A DNA stretch of 64,000 bases from an uncultured Methanolobus sp. (GTDB taxonomy: Archaea > Halobacteriota > Methanosarcinia > Methanosarcinales > Methanosarcinaceae): the NCBI GenBank assembly GCA_963675495.1, contig OY776215.1:736001-800000 (forward strand), read 5' to 3'. Position numbers and translations under genes: made by a program. Shown here piece after piece: positions 42,294-53,632 of the stretch (its first letter is position 1; each line of letters opens with the position of its first letter). The notes beneath the pieces were generated by a model. It worked only from the letters and a program-made list of their open reading frames with translations. It did no database searches and was not told where the DNA came from.

Positions 42294-42896
42294 CTAATTC
42301 TCTAATGATCTCATTGTGGTTTTCACGGCTTTCACGAGTTCGTTCAGTTTTTCTCTCGAGCATGATTCGCCTCGTGTCACTCCTGTCACAATTTCCATTA
42401 CCCTTCCTTTTGTTAAAATATCACTATCTTTTGGTTTCACAAGTTTTGTCTTTACTCCTGCCTTTGCGAAATCTTCAAAATCAACGAGGGTCTGGCAAAC
42501 AACTACTGCAGGAACACTTGTTTCCTCAAGTATTTTCTTTACCTTCCTCACTACATGATCCCTTATGTTCCCTGTGTGGATAACAGCAACTTTATGCCTG
42601 TTTATCTGTGCGATCTCTTCAGAACTCATTCCAAAAGAGCCGGAACCCATATTGGTATCCGGAACACCTGAACCGGTGTTCAGCACAAGCACACTAACCT
42701 GGATTTCCTCTCGACGCATCCCGTATGTCAGTTCACAAACAGGTTTTGTGATATGTCTTCTACCGGGGCTCATTGCAACTGCGATCACATCTGGTCTGCC
42801 AGTTTCGGAAAGAGTGCCACGCTGTGCAAGGCCCCCACCTCTGCCAAGACCCATTCCGTGTCTGCAATCAACAACCTGCGTTTCCCGGTCAAACAT
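42294..42896 (-). CDS. mcrC: MCR operon protein C
   Basis: DCRHGMGLGRGGGLAQRGT, RRHITKPVC. Confidence 0.97.
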   Translation of the reverse strand: MFDRETQVVDCRHGMGLGRGGGLAQRGTLSETGRPDVIAVAMSPGRRHITKPVCELTYGMRREEIQVSVLVLNTGSGVPDTNMGSGSFGMSSEEIAQINRHKVAVIHTGNIRDHVVRKVKKILEETSVPAVVVCQTLVDFEDFAKAGVKTKLVKPKDSDILTKGRVMEIVTGVTRGESCSREKLNELVKAVKTTMRSLEN

Positions 42897-42900
42897 GCTA

Positions 42901-43398
42901 TCACTCGTCTTTGATTTCAGGTTTAAGTAAACATACGGGCTGATTCTTCAGTTTTCCTTTGGGATCTGTCATTCCGATCATCATAGGGTCAGCACCTGGT
43001 CCACGTTTAGCATAATCGCTTACAGTCTGCCTCCTTGGAATGAAATTACCTTCCCGGAATTCAAATGATACAGGAAGAACTCGCTCGCAAACGTCCCTTA
43101 CACGCCCTTTTGCATCAGCGTCAACAACTTCCATTCGAATGCTACCAACACTTACAGCAAGTTCTATCGCCTGACCTGCGACTTCGATAACAGTGTTCCC
43201 GGAATGATGCACGGGTAATCCAGTTGCAGGTCCGTATGGAACGGTCTGTGGAAGTCGGGGGCCATGAATGAATAGCCTTATGATGCCTTCAATTTCAGCC
43301 ATCTCACTGAGTAATGATTGGGCTGTTTCGGGATTCAACAGCCTTGAAGGAAATATTTCAAGCTGCACAATATTTGCGTCGGGGAAAGCTTCGGACAT
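42901..43398 (-). CDS. mcrD: MCR operon protein D
   Basis: IFPSRLL, HGPRLPQTVPYGPA, TVSDYAK. Confidence 0.96.
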   Translation of the reverse strand: MSEAFPDANIVQLEIFPSRLLNPETAQSLLSEMAEIEGIIRLFIHGPRLPQTVPYGPATGLPVHHSGNTVIEVAGQAIELAVSVGSIRMEVVDADAKGRVRDVCERVLPVSFEFREGNFIPRRQTVSDYAKRGPGADPMMIGMTDPKGKLKNQPVCLLKPEIKDE

Positions 43399-43448
43399 TT
43401 TTGCTACCTTTTTCATTTAATGTGATATTTAAGGAGGGAGATTTAGTC

Positions 43449-44753
43449 TTAGAGCGCACCTGCCACTGCTTTGATTGGTTCCTTGAACTCTGGAATGGAT
43501 CCAAATACGTTACCGACAAGTGATGATGTCTTCTCAACTGTTGACATCTGTGTGCCTGCATCAAGTGAGACTGCTGCACATACACAAGGAATTGCAAAAC
43601 CTCTTGAGTGTCTGGTTACAACGTGGTTACCGTTGAAGATACCCGGTCCACCGCCACCATAGATGGAGTGACTGAAGAATGAGAATCCTACTGCAGTACC
43701 CTGAGCTCTACCCATGTCACAGCCTGGAAGACCTGTTTCCTTCTCAATGATATCATTGAAGTAGAGGATGGTTGAGGATACGTTCTGAGCTGCCCTACCA
43801 GCACCAACGTTTACCATGGTTGCTGCAAGCTGACCTGCTGCTGCACATGCATTCCACATGGAAACATCGTTTGCCTTGTAGAAGTTGTATCCGGATGGTG
43901 CAGTCTTGTCTACGGAGATGATACCTGCTTCAAGTGCTCTGTCAACAGTTGACTGGATTACTGAGCCGATTGTACCGTCCTTACCGTTCTCTTTTACGAT
44001 GTCATAAACGTAGTTGCCTGCGTTAAGACCCTGATATGCAAGACCAAGTAACTGGTGTCTCTCGAAAGGACCTACCGCGTTACCCATCTCGTACATACCT
44101 ACCTGCTCGAATATGGCTGAGAGTGCTGCTGCATTCATTGCCTTCTTGCCGGTAATTGCTGCTACGTGGTTTGTTGTGATGTTCCTCAGTGAGTAACCAA
44201 GACCTTCGTTGTTCTGTGGGATACTGAGAATGGATGCGATGTTTGCGCCTTTCATGTCCATTGTCTGTGGGTAGCTTCCCCATACAGCGGACTTTACTAT
44301 TGGTGCATCGAACATGTCAGTGTTGAACATGTCAATGATTGTCTGAACTACTGCTGCACCGGTTACGGTACTTCCGGATACGTAGTCAGCACCGATCTGT
44401 GTCCTTACGCTTGGGATCTGGACTATCAGCTGCTTTCCGCCACCAAGTTCCTTTACATTGGTGTCGTCATCGTCGCTCACGCTTACGAGTTTCTTTACTG
44501 CGTCCATGATCGCACCGGAATTGCCTACAATATCGTAGTCAAGTTCCCTACCAAGGATCTGCTTTTTTGCTCCACCCATAGCACCGGTTTTCAGTGATTT
44601 CTCGATACCTGCGAGATTTACTGCAACAGTCCTCTTGGTGTCTTTAATGATATTTTGAATCGCTGCATTTCTGGTTGGCGCGATAGCTAAAAGATCAACG
44701 CCACTTTCCAACAGTTTACCTCTGTCGTCGTAAATGTCTATTGTGTCAGACAC
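43449..44753 (-). CDS. mcrB: Methyl-coenzyme M reductase beta subunit (GTG start)
   Basis: [26 protein letters not shown]; GGAGG RBS. Confidence 0.99.
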   Translation of the reverse strand: MSDTIDIYDDRGKLLESGVDLLAIAPTRNAAIQNIIKDTKRTVAVNLAGIEKSLKTGAMGGAKKQILGRELDYDIVGNSGAIMDAVKKLVSVSDDDDTNVKELGGGKQLIVQIPSVRTQIGADYVSGSTVTGAAVVQTIIDMFNTDMFDAPIVKSAVWGSYPQTMDMKGANIASILSIPQNNEGLGYSLRNITTNHVAAITGKKAMNAAALSAIFEQVGMYEMGNAVGPFERHQLLGLAYQGLNAGNYVYDIVKENGKDGTIGSVIQSTVDRALEAGIISVDKTAPSGYNFYKANDVSMWNACAAAGQLAATMVNVGAGRAAQNVSSTILYFNDIIEKETGLPGCDMGRAQGTAVGFSFFSHSIYGGGGPGIFNGNHVVTRHSRGFAIPCVCAAVSLDAGTQMSTVEKTSSLVGNVFGSIPEFKEPIKAVAGAL

Positions 44754-44778
44754 GAATATTTTCCTCCTATGTTTCTAT

Positions 44779-44883
44779 TCAGAAATCGCCCATTTGGAAA
44801 CGTACAGATTAACGAATAAAATTTAATTACTCTGTACCACACAGTAATTTCTGTACGGAAATCTTCCATTGGGAATTCTCGGA
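44779..44883 (-). promoter_or_regulatory. Structured 5' leader of the mcr operon
   Basis: Nested inverted repeats CCCA.TGGAA/TTCCA..TGGG and CGTACAGA/TCTGTACG. Confidence 0.6.
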
Positions 44884-44900
44884 TTTATTAAGCAACAATG

Positions 44901-44917
44901 ACGTTTAAACCTTTTGC
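44901..44917 (-). promoter_or_regulatory. BRE/TATA box of the mcr promoter
   Basis: Minus strand GCAAAAGGTTTAAACG. Confidence 0.6.
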
Positions 44918-45120
44918 ATCATTTTGGAACAATTTCGCAATCATCAAACGCAAGTAAAAAGGGTCAATGAAAATAATTGAGTATGTGTCCAATAAAAATG
45001 TAAGGAGATTATATTTAGGATAAGATAATTTCAGACCAAATACCAAAATGATATCTGGAAGAAGTTATACAATGATCATCCACAAACCTTTAAGTACCTA
45101 TATAGTAAGTAATTCGTTCT

Positions 45121-46356
45121 ATGGAGATCACCGCTGACGTAGGAGGCAATCCGGGAATTGATTGCAAAGGATTCTGTACCTATTGTTATTTTAAAAAAGT
45201 GAAAGAAAATCCCCCTTTCGGATGTAAATATTGCCTTCCCTTCAAAAAAGGATGTGACTACTGCACCAGAGGAATAAGGGAAGCCTATTCAGGTTTCAAA
45301 CCTGGACAATATGTGTTTCAGGAAGTTTACCAGAAACTTATGATGAACTCCGAGGATGTCGATAAGATAACCATAAGTGGTGGCGGGGATGTGAGTTGTT
45401 ATCCCGATCTCATGGAACTTGTCGCCAACCTGGCACAATTCGAATTACCCATTCACCTGGGCTATACAAGCGGGAAAGGATTCAGCAAAGGAGATGAAGC
45501 TGAATTTTTTATAGAATACGGAGTGACAGAAGTTTCATTCACCGTATTTGCAACTGACCCGGAACTTAGAAGGGAATATATGCGAGACCCTGAGCCTGAA
45601 GCCGCGCTTAAGGTACTGCGTCAGTTCTGCCAGCATTGTGACGTATATGCTGCAATTGTCCTTATCTCCGGAGTCAATGATGGAGAAATACTCGAAAAAA
45701 CATTGACCGACCTTGAAGAAATGGGAGCAAAGGGAGTGATACTCATGCGCTTTGCCAACAAGACTGAAGAAGGGCTCATACTTAACAATGCACCGGTCAT
45801 GGAAGGTATTGAAACACACAGCATAGATGAGTTCACACAAATTGTTCGTGATGCTGCTTCAAAACACGATCTGCGCATCACAGGAACACCACTCGAAGAC
45901 CCACTCATCGGCTCGCCATACGCCATACGCAATGAAAAGGAAGCTCTTGCCAAACTTCCTGAGCTAAGAAAAGATGCTACGGTACTTTCCAGCAGGGCTT
46001 CTGAGCAAAGACTTCAGGAAATTTTCACAAAACTTGGAAGCGATGTCAATGTCGTTGCAGTTGACAAAGACATTGGTTGCCTCATCACTATTGAAGATCT
46101 GGAAAAGCTAGACCTGAAAAATGTAAAGGAAACTGTCGTAATACCAGGAAGAGCATTCGTACATGACCCGGAAGCAACAACAGCGCTTTCCAGGGACGGA
46201 ATCTCACGATTTGTCCGTAGGGGACCTGAAATGCTTACATATGACGGTGAAATGTCAATAAGCCATTCAAAAGAAGAGGTTCTTGAATTTGAAATAGAAC
46301 AACTAACAGAGCTCATACATGGAATTAATGCCATTGGAATGCCTTTGAAAGAGTGA
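45121..46356 (+). CDS. mmp10: Methanogenesis marker protein 10, radical-SAM MCR arginine methyltransferase
   Basis: CKGFCTYC radical SAM motif plus CKYC..GCDYC; divergent from mcrB. Confidence 0.95.
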   Translation: MEITADVGGNPGIDCKGFCTYCYFKKVKENPPFGCKYCLPFKKGCDYCTRGIREAYSGFKPGQYVFQEVYQKLMMNSEDVDKITISGGGDVSCYPDLMELVANLAQFELPIHLGYTSGKGFSKGDEAEFFIEYGVTEVSFTVFATDPELRREYMRDPEPEAALKVLRQFCQHCDVYAAIVLISGVNDGEILEKTLTDLEEMGAKGVILMRFANKTEEGLILNNAPVMEGIETHSIDEFTQIVRDAASKHDLRITGTPLEDPLIGSPYAIRNEKEALAKLPELRKDATVLSSRASEQRLQEIFTKLGSDVNVVAVDKDIGCLITIEDLEKLDLKNVKETVVIPGRAFVHDPEATTALSRDGISRFVRRGPEMLTYDGEMSISHSKEEVLEFEIEQLTELIHGINAIGMPLKE

Positions 46357-46399
46357 ACATTGGAAATGAGCAAAAAGATAATAGAAAACTGTAGACGGG

Positions 46400-49300
46400 C
46401 TACATGAACTCCATTAGCCCTGTCTGCTTCGAGCGATCATTCTCAAAAAGGGATTTCATATCCAAACCGATTATCTCAATTCTTTGTTTCGTATAACTCG
46501 AAACATTGTAATCATGGGCTACTTTCTTTGAGACTTCAAGGTATTTCTTCACTGAGCCTTCATGAACTGTTAATATTACACTCCCGCCACATTTCGGACA
46601 AACGCCTGTGAGTGGCGGCCTGCGGAATTTTGCAGCACATTTAAGGCACCTTGTACTCTGACGGGAGAATGCCCTGAGATTGCCGAACATGTCCGGCAGG
46701 AAATGGGATATAAGCACCCTCTCAGCCACATTGGAAGCATCCACCGCACGTATCTTATCTGCCAGTGCAAGCTGGGCATCCATCTTCTCCACCATGCTCC
46801 CAAGGGTCTTGTAGGCACTGTGAAGAGGACCTGATGCGATATCGTTGGTATGGTGAGTGAACATAAAATGATCATATTGCTCAGGAGTACCAAGCCTGCG
46901 GCTTATAAGGTCAATTTTCCCCTCTAATTCTTTGGGATTTGTATATTCGAGGGTCGCTTCGTAGAACTCAAGAGGATAATGATCACATACATCAATATTA
47001 TGAGCTTCCTTGTCAACCTCACTTGGATCTATGCGTGTTGTAAGAACAAGTGGTGCATCCATTTTTCCACCTCTTTTTTCAGGCAGGTAATCCCTTGAGA
47101 AATTGATAAGGCCATCCATCAACAGCATAACACAATCCTCATCACCATCACAGTTTCTTCTTTTTGCCGCATGGAAGAACGGATGTGCATAACCCACTGA
47201 TGCTTTGGTAAAACCTACAAGTCTCCCAAGAACACCAGCTGATGTATGCGGCGCAAGACCCATGAGCATTACACCTACAAGATCATCAATTGTCTTTGCT
47301 TTGTAGTAAGGTTCCTCATGATAGTATTTCACAAGCAGGTCATCGATGTACTGGGTAGTACGTAGAAGATATTCACCACAATCGTATGAAACTACGAGAT
47401 CCTGCACTTTAAGGCAGACTACCTGATCATCTGTTTCCAGAGGTTTTCCGTATATATCCTCGGTGTATCCCAGTTTCTTAAGTTTCTCAACTGTGATACT
47501 AAGTTCATCGGCACGGATATGTGTAAGCGGAATGTCGGACATATCATATCTGACAGTCCCATCCTTGAAAGTGAAAAGATCATGTTTCGCCCGCAAGATT
47601 CCTTTTTCGAGAGGTTCGGGAGTCATTGTCCCTGACATCATGCGCTTGACACCTTTTACTTCGATATTAGTATCCCTTTCACCAATGTTTTCAAAAGCAT
47701 TCTGGTAGACCTCTTTGAAATCGATATTCTGCATCTTCACGCATGTGGTCTTTGAACCACATTTTGGGCATTTCTCCTTTTGCACCGATATACCACAACG
47801 CGGACATGATAATTTAGGAACTGTGAACTCGCCACAGTCACACCGATACCAGAACGTATCCTTCCCACATGCCGGGCACGCGCGATTACCAATTTCAACC
47901 CGGATCTGCCCGACCTTCCCATTCATAGAAGACATGTAACCTGCAGCAGCTTCCATTTTCCGGGTATTTCCGGCAGAATCCCCTATCGGGAACAATACAT
48001 GAGGAGCAGGAGACATCTTTCTCTTATTTGATTTTTCCGGACGCCCCATCCTTGCACCTATCCTCACAGGTGCACGTGCACGCACGATCAGACCACTCAC
48101 TTCATTGACAGCTCCCAGAGTATCTGTGGATTCAACAGTAGTCCACTTCTTATTCAGGTCTCTGTCAAGACCCAGACATCTGACAAAAGGCAGAGGCATA
48201 TCAATAATGATCTTTCCTTCATAAACCCTATGCAGAACAAGCAAATGCTCAAGAAGGACTTTAATCCCATTGTCAGTACTTTTATCCAATGGAAGTTCAA
48301 GACTTGTCCCATCACCGGAAAGGGCACCATTCTCTGATACGAATAAGACAAGTGTAGTAAATTCATCAATTGTGATATCATGCCAGAGATATGTATATGC
48401 AGGATGCAGAGGAACACTATATTTGCCACATAGTTCCAGTACAAGTTCCTGAGAAGGTAATTCAAGCTCACTTTGGGAATATGACGCATTAGGAACTTGT
48501 TTCTCAAACTCCTGGATCCACCATTCAAAACAGTATGAAGATGGTACAAGAGGATGATTGTTCTCAAGGAAATCCCCATAATTTATCAATATCTCACCGA
48601 TATCCAGTATGCACTCAACCTCAGGATGTATCTGAATCGCATGCTCCTCGTCGTCCACCCGGATGACATCACCAGACATGAGTCTTACAGTGGGACCTTC
48701 TATACTATCTACCGGCGCCATTCCGGCAGCTTTCCCGGGACGCTCGACCTTAAGCTGCGTGCCGGAAACGATAAAACTATCCATTATATACATACTGGCA
48801 GGGCTTATACCGGCGGCTGCGAAGGATGTGTTTCTTGACCGCCCATACCTTAACCTGAACCCACCTGGCCGCATTGGATGGGAGAATACCGGCCTGCCTG
48901 CTATCAGGTCACGCAAGTATTTGTCTTTTGGTTTTACACCGACAAAACCACCATCATCGTCATCATCACCACTCTTTGCTCCGGCTATGAGTGTATTCAG
49001 CCAGTCCCACCCATCCATCTCGAGCTTGTTTACGTGTTTCAAAACCTTCGGAGCTTTCAGGGCCAGACCTTCTGCAAGCACAAGACACATACCACCACGT
49101 ACTCTGTTGGTCTCTATCCTGTCAAGGTTCCTGTAACCTTCAACCTCTTCAGCTTCCGTGGGTTCCCCGTCGATACATATGGGACAATTGTCCACTATAA
49201 GCCGTATCTCATCTTCCGAAGGAGTGTACTGCAAGGTTGCAACTCGTCTGTAAAGCAGGATCTCCTCGACATATCTTTCAACTTCCTCCTTGCGAGGCTT

Positions 49301-49825
49301 GAACCTGTCAATACCAACTGCACGGCGCACGTAGTCACCTACAAGTACGGAAAGTGCCTGGGCCGTACCGCCTGCACTACGTATGGGACCAGAGTAAAAT
49401 ATCCTGATGAACTCGCTGCCATCATCATTTTTGCCAAGGGTTACCTTGTCTATCCCCTCTATCGGTGCAGCGACCACACCTTCTGTGAGCATTGCAACGG
49501 ACACACGTATAGCAGCCTCTATTGCAGCCTCTTTTGATTCAAATTCCCCTACTGCACCCTCAGCAACGGCTTTGCCTATTGCAAGGGCACCTTCCTCACG
49601 AGACATGGTCTCTTCGTACTTGCGTATCTCCTCTGCAACACCTTTCACACCAATGAGATTTTCCACCCTGTCTGCAAGGTCTTTTGCAAGAGGGATCTCA
49701 ACATTCGGTTTTGGATCTCTCCCTTTTGAGCGTGCGCTGTTCGCAATCTCTATCTCACTATGAAGCTTGGATTCAAGCTCCTCAAAATAATCCCTCATAG
49801 AATCGCTAACTACTATTTCACCCAT
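46400..49825 (-). CDS. polC: DNA polymerase D large subunit DP2
   Basis: [20 protein letters not shown] catalytic motif, Zn fingers, C-terminal PIP box QTGLMEFM; no intein. Confidence 0.98.
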   Translation of the reverse strand: MGEIVVSDSMRDYFEELESKLHSEIEIANSARSKGRDPKPNVEIPLAKDLADRVENLIGVKGVAEEIRKYEETMSREEGALAIGKAVAEGAVGEFESKEAAIEAAIRVSVAMLTEGVVAAPIEGIDKVTLGKNDDGSEFIRIFYSGPIRSAGGTAQALSVLVGDYVRRAVGIDRFKPRKEEVERYVEEILLYRRVATLQYTPSEDEIRLIVDNCPICIDGEPTEAEEVEGYRNLDRIETNRVRGGMCLVLAEGLALKAPKVLKHVNKLEMDGWDWLNTLIAGAKSGDDDDDGGFVGVKPKDKYLRDLIAGRPVFSHPMRPGGFRLRYGRSRNTSFAAAGISPASMYIMDSFIVSGTQLKVERPGKAAGMAPVDSIEGPTVRLMSGDVIRVDDEEHAIQIHPEVECILDIGEILINYGDFLENNHPLVPSSYCFEWWIQEFEKQVPNASYSQSELELPSQELVLELCGKYSVPLHPAYTYLWHDITIDEFTTLVLFVSENGALSGDGTSLELPLDKSTDNGIKVLLEHLLVLHRVYEGKIIIDMPLPFVRCLGLDRDLNKKWTTVESTDTLGAVNEVSGLIVRARAPVRIGARMGRPEKSNKRKMSPAPHVLFPIGDSAGNTRKMEAAAGYMSSMNGKVGQIRVEIGNRACPACGKDTFWYRCDCGEFTVPKLSCPRCGISVQKEKCPKCGSKTTCVKMQNIDFKEVYQNAFENIGERDTNIEVKGVKRMMSGTMTPEPLEKGILRAKHDLFTFKDGTVRYDMSDIPLTHIRADELSITVEKLKKLGYTEDIYGKPLETDDQVVCLKVQDLVVSYDCGEYLLRTTQYIDDLLVKYYHEEPYYKAKTIDDLVGVMLMGLAPHTSAGVLGRLVGFTKASVGYAHPFFHAAKRRNCDGDEDCVMLLMDGLINFSRDYLPEKRGGKMDAPLVLTTRIDPSEVDKEAHNIDVCDHYPLEFYEATLEYTNPKELEGKIDLISRRLGTPEQYDHFMFTHHTNDIASGPLHSAYKTLGSMVEKMDAQLALADKIRAVDASNVAERVLISHFLPDMFGNLRAFSRQSTRCLKCAAKFRRPPLTGVCPKCGGSVILTVHEGSVKKYLEVSKKVAHDYNVSSYTKQRIEIIGLDMKSLFENDRSKQTGLMEFM

Positions 49826-49971
49826 TCAGAACAGACCTCGATAAATTTGCACTTATGCGCTTGTCATTAAAAGTTGTTTTCCTGCATTTAGTGTGCGCGT
49901 CATAACTTAATATATTAAAGTACAAATTACTTATTAATTAAACTAGATTATAAACCTTAGGAGGGATGTAG

Positions 49972-50433
49972 ATGAAAAAGCAAATGGTCATGTTGATGCT
50001 AGTGCTTACTGTGCTTCTACCGGTGGCCAGTGCAGACGTAGTCAGTGACATTAATCTCAAAGTCAATGAATACAATCAAAATGCAGACAAGGTACCGTTT
50101 TTTCTAAAAAGTCTTTTGGGCGATGAAGTTATCAAACTTGTAATAGTGACAAACGACGGTGAAGAGGTATACGTCAAAGCAGTCACTGAAGACGCATACA
50201 TCACCATCTTTGGAGAAATTGACAAGGACGAGGAAATTGGTGAAACGATAGTCGTAGGAACCAGCGAAGACACTGTCCAAAACATACTTAATTCAGATGA
50301 TCCACTTGGAACTTTCCTTGACGCAAAAGAAAATGATGAGATCGTAATTGAACCCATAGGCTTTGTGAACAATGTCACATTTGCCGTGGCAAATGTGCTA
50401 CTGAAATTGTCACAGGTTCTTGGATTGACATAA
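49972..50433 (+). CDS. Hypothetical exported protein
   Basis: Signal peptide ending ASA; GGAGG RBS. Confidence 0.75.
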   Translation: MKKQMVMLMLVLTVLLPVASADVVSDINLKVNEYNQNADKVPFFLKSLLGDEVIKLVIVTNDGEEVYVKAVTEDAYITIFGEIDKDEEIGETIVVGTSEDTVQNILNSDDPLGTFLDAKENDEIVIEPIGFVNNVTFAVANVLLKLSQVLGLT

Positions 50434-50486
50434 TGTCAAAATAACTAAAATATATATACAAATATATAGATATTCAGTAACTAAGG

Positions 50487-50714
50487 TCAGCGAATATCCA
50501 GTTCACTGGCCATTTCTTTATACGATCGACCTTTATCGGTCGTAATGAACATATTTCCTTTTTGTTCAATAAGCTGCTTTTCCGCCAATCTCGAAAGATA
50601 TTTGTTCGCAATCGTGGAATTCAAATTCGCACCATATACGATCTGTGTCTTTTTTGCTCCATCCATAGCTATTTTCAATATGGCTATTGTAATATCCAAC
50701 CGACTTCTTCTGAT
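50487..50714 (-). CDS. Small winged-helix protein (HTH_45-like), probable ATC start
   Basis: (M)RRSRLDI..AIL....GAKKTQIVYGANLN...YL..L...TTDKG. Confidence 0.8.
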   Translation of the reverse strand: MRRSRLDITIAILKIAMDGAKKTQIVYGANLNSTIANKYLSRLAEKQLIEQKGNMFITTDKGRSYKEMASELDIR

Positions 50715-50960
50715 AGTAATGCCCCCACATTCTATTCATATAGTACCACTAAAACCAGTGATACATCTGTAAATAATAATATACCATTAACCTGTTAATT
50801 ATATCATCAACCACATATTTAAATTAATCGATATGTAATAATACTACGTAAATATGTTACTAAATAAATAACTAGAAGTATGCCAATAGATAATTAGACC
50901 ATTTGCAACAGTTAGATTTATAATAAATACGGCACTAGATGTATCGTTAAGCTCTCAAAT

Positions 50961-51007
50961 GCGGGAGCAAATAAGCAGTCAACGATAGTAGACTCAAGAT
51001 ATCCCGC
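50961..51007 (+). pseudogene. Degenerate 5' half of a tRNA-Leu(CAA)
   Basis: 29/40 identity to the first 40 nt of tRNA 51040..51125, including GACTCAAGAT; begins GCGGGAG. Confidence 0.75.
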
Positions 51008-51039
51008 TAAAACTGAGCTAAACACACAAAATACACTGG

Positions 51040-51125
51040 GCGAGAGTAGCCAAGCGGTCAACGGCGATGGACTCAAGATCCATTTTCGCAGGAATTCGTG
51101 GGTTCGATTCCCCCCTCTCGCACCA
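51040..51125 (+). tRNA. tRNA-Leu(CAA), CCA encoded
   Basis: GCGAGAG/CTCTCGC acceptor, ATGGA-CTCAAGA-TCCAT anticodon arm, long variable arm; one T:C mismatch in the T-stem. Confidence 0.93.
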
Positions 51126-51134
51126 TATTTTTTT

Positions 51135-51163
51135 GGGATATAGTTAACAACAAAAAACCGAAC
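51135..51163 (+). repeat. Putative casposon left terminal inverted repeat (unpaired)
   Basis: GGGATATAGTTAACAACAAAAAACCGAAC, resembling Methanosarcina casposon TIRs as recalled. Confidence 0.6.
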
Positions 51164-51234
51164 TTTTACTAAAATTTATAAGTAGGGTTTTTTGAAGAGT
51201 AACTTATTTAGCACTTGTAAATATATTTAAGAAT

Positions 51235-51708
51235 ATGTCTTGGGAACTTACATGTGATATTTGTGGTGACAATTTTAATGGGCTTGATCCAAATTTGCAA
51301 GCATGTCGCTCTTGCCAACATATTCTAAACAAATATAAGAAAAATAAAAGATATGATTATGTATCTGTAAGATTTGCATTACAAGAAGCGTTTTCTCACA
51401 AAGACTCTGACAATGTATATTTTATGTGTCAATACACAGGAATTATTAGTACATTTGATAAACAAAATAGCGCAATAGGTCATTTTAATGACCCTTTTGT
51501 ACTAACATTAGATCATTTATATTCTAAACAAGATTCGGTAGTTGTCTGTTTAAACCTCGTTAATAAAATGAAAGGTGATATTCCACCATCAGAATTTAAG
51601 TACATTGTAATAGCTTTGGGAGAACTCTTCAAAAGCGAGGATAAAGCAATCGCTTCTAAAGAGCTTGAGGATAAATTGAAGATAATATGTGCCATTTCTC
51701 AAGAGTAA
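51235..51708 (+). CDS. HNH-like endonuclease with N-terminal Zn ribbon
   Basis: CDIC...CRSC; CQYTG...LTLDH...VVCLNLVNKMKGD. Confidence 0.65.
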   Translation: MSWELTCDICGDNFNGLDPNLQACRSCQHILNKYKKNKRYDYVSVRFALQEAFSHKDSDNVYFMCQYTGIISTFDKQNSAIGHFNDPFVLTLDHLYSKQDSVVVCLNLVNKMKGDIPPSEFKYIVIALGELFKSEDKAIASKELEDKLKIICAISQE

Positions 51709-51894
51709 CAACAAAAAAAGAAACTTCAACAAATAGTATATGAAGTGTTTTAATTCAAAAGAACAAAACTATTATTTTGTTCACTATATTTGTTCTTAAT
51801 AAATAATTTAAACTGATTAATTGAAGAAACATTAAATTGTAAAAAAGACGATAATCTGTAAAATAATATATAAAAGTTGAAACTATTTCTACTT

Positions 51895-53154
51895 ATGAGC
51901 GATTTTTCAGAATTCCTGCTGGATTATGGGGCACATGAAAAAGAAAATGTGGATAAATTTATTAAAAGACTAGATGAAGGGAAAGTTACACAAAATGAAA
52001 AATACCCTCCTAAAAATCGTTTCATTAAATTAAACGAACCAATTGCAGACCCATATGTAAATATTTGGAGTATGATTCCCTTTTACGGCTCAACATTAGT
52101 CAAATTAATGCCAAAGGACAATAGAAAATCTTTCGATGACAGTCATGAATGGTTGGGATTCAATTCTCGAAAAATTGACGAAATGATTGACTTTCAAAAA
52201 GATACTGGCAGAATACAATTTGTACTTACAGCACATCCTACTCTCTATGAAAACCTAGATTTCCTTGAACCTTTATTTACCGAAGTCAAACCTCCAGTTC
52301 TTCCATATGACACAGTGTCTATTGTTGGACAAGAATTGGATAAAAAGCATAAAATTGAGTTTGAAACATTAGCTGATTTCGGGTTTAATCAATTTGTAGA
52401 AGTTTCAACTAGACTTATGGGGAGTAGTAATCCAATATATATTTCTGCAAAATTAGATGATTACGCCAGTCGTTACAGTATCCTTAAAGCTAGTGGTTAT
52501 GAAGAATTAGCTGACGAAATAGGTACGTTAATGATTATTGACCCTGCAAAAGCACATATGTTTCTGATTTTGTTTGGTTTTTTGATAGCAAATCCTCAAA
52601 AATCGCTTCTAAAACCAATTTGCGCTTATGATAAAAGTTTCATTGATTCAGTTAATGATTATGGGAGCGAATACAATGTAATGGTCAATAATGAAGTGCC
52701 TTACGAAATTGGCAAATTCCTTTTGAACAAAATAGTACATTATCCTGAAACAATGGAAGGATGCAAGTCAATTATTCAGGAGTACGACGATCAGGAGCTA
52801 TACAAAATAATGGGTTCACTGAATGAAGGTGTAAAAAGAGAAGATATAGATAAAATCGAACAAAAAGAAAAAGACATATCTGATATTTTGGATAATGTTT
52901 GGAACGACGCTAATGTAATTAAAAAGAGGGCTGATGAAATTAAGTTTGGAATATCACTTAGTCTTGGCTTAATAGGTGGTGTTGCTGGCGGAATAGAAGG
53001 TTCAGGAATAATGTCATTTTTAGGTTATAATTTTTCAAATACAGTATGGGGGATGAAGGATGAGTCAATTTGCGAAAAAATGGCAAAATTTGCTACTCCA
53101 AACCACTTAGTATCAATATATGACTTTAAAAAGAAATATCCTTTAAATGATTGA
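51895..53154 (+). CDS. Hypothetical protein (AT-rich mobile-element cargo)
   Basis: Intact ORF of about 419 aa; Gly-rich hydrophobic segment near the C-terminus; no recognised motif. Confidence 0.75.
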   Translation: MSDFSEFLLDYGAHEKENVDKFIKRLDEGKVTQNEKYPPKNRFIKLNEPIADPYVNIWSMIPFYGSTLVKLMPKDNRKSFDDSHEWLGFNSRKIDEMIDFQKDTGRIQFVLTAHPTLYENLDFLEPLFTEVKPPVLPYDTVSIVGQELDKKHKIEFETLADFGFNQFVEVSTRLMGSSNPIYISAKLDDYASRYSILKASGYEELADEIGTLMIIDPAKAHMFLILFGFLIANPQKSLLKPICAYDKSFIDSVNDYGSEYNVMVNNEVPYEIGKFLLNKIVHYPETMEGCKSIIQEYDDQELYKIMGSLNEGVKREDIDKIEQKEKDISDILDNVWNDANVIKKRADEIKFGISLSLGLIGGVAGGIEGSGIMSFLGYNFSNTVWGMKDESICEKMAKFATPNHLVSIYDFKKKYPLND

Positions 53155-53162
53155 GCGTTCTT

Positions 53163-53516
53163 TCATTTTAAACTAGCAAATAATTTCTTCACCGCCGGAG
53201 TATTCAAATTGAGATTTCCGTTCCTAATCCTTTGTTTGATTCCCTGAAACCTGCTCCTTGAAACTCCAAGAGCTTCCGCTTCAGATTGTGACATGCTAAG
53301 GATATTATCCATAATCTCTTGTTTGTTGATAAACTCCTGAGTTTTCTTCACATCAATAGCCTGTTCATCAATGTTATTGGCTTCCTTGCCTATGTAAACA
53401 GCAGAATCAGCCAGAACATGCTTTCTTTCCAAGATTCCAATATCTCCATCAAACTTAGATTCAAGATGACTGGCATATTCAATTATTGTCCTGCTAAGTT
53501 GCTTAAAATAATTCAT
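53163..53516 (-). pseudogene. C-terminal fragment of casposon-type family B DNA polymerase
   Basis: H(L)ESKFDGDIGILERKH...YIGKEANN followed by an HTH-like tail, recognised from memory; no polymerase core upstream. Confidence 0.65.
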
Positions 53517-53632
53517 TCTTTCCTCACAAAATCCAAATGCTTATTTCCCCCAATCTCATTCATATTAACAACCGGAATAAAATAAATAATAAAAGAGTCT
53601 ATTATCGCGAAATTGTAGAATACTTTAATCAT

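Larger units (their letters stand above)
51135..53516. mobile_element. Truncated casposon-like element
   Basis: GGGATATAG... terminal sequence directly after tRNA-Leu, AT-rich cargo with HNH gene, C-terminal fragment of casposon-type PolB; no cas1 or right terminus seen. Confidence 0.7.

Noticed and set aside
42285-42296. Pyrrolysine read-through of the mcrC TAG
   Set aside because: TAG is followed by GAG TGA, so there is no meaningful extension
46320-46402. Pyrrolysine read-through of the polC TAG
   Set aside because: The protein already ends at its canonical C-terminal PIP box; the extension is short and runs antisense into mmp10
50997-51010. GATATCCC-GC read as a casposon right TIR end plus target duplication
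   Set aside because: Only about 7 nt match, it lies on the wrong side of the tRNA, and it is equally explained as decayed tRNA sequence
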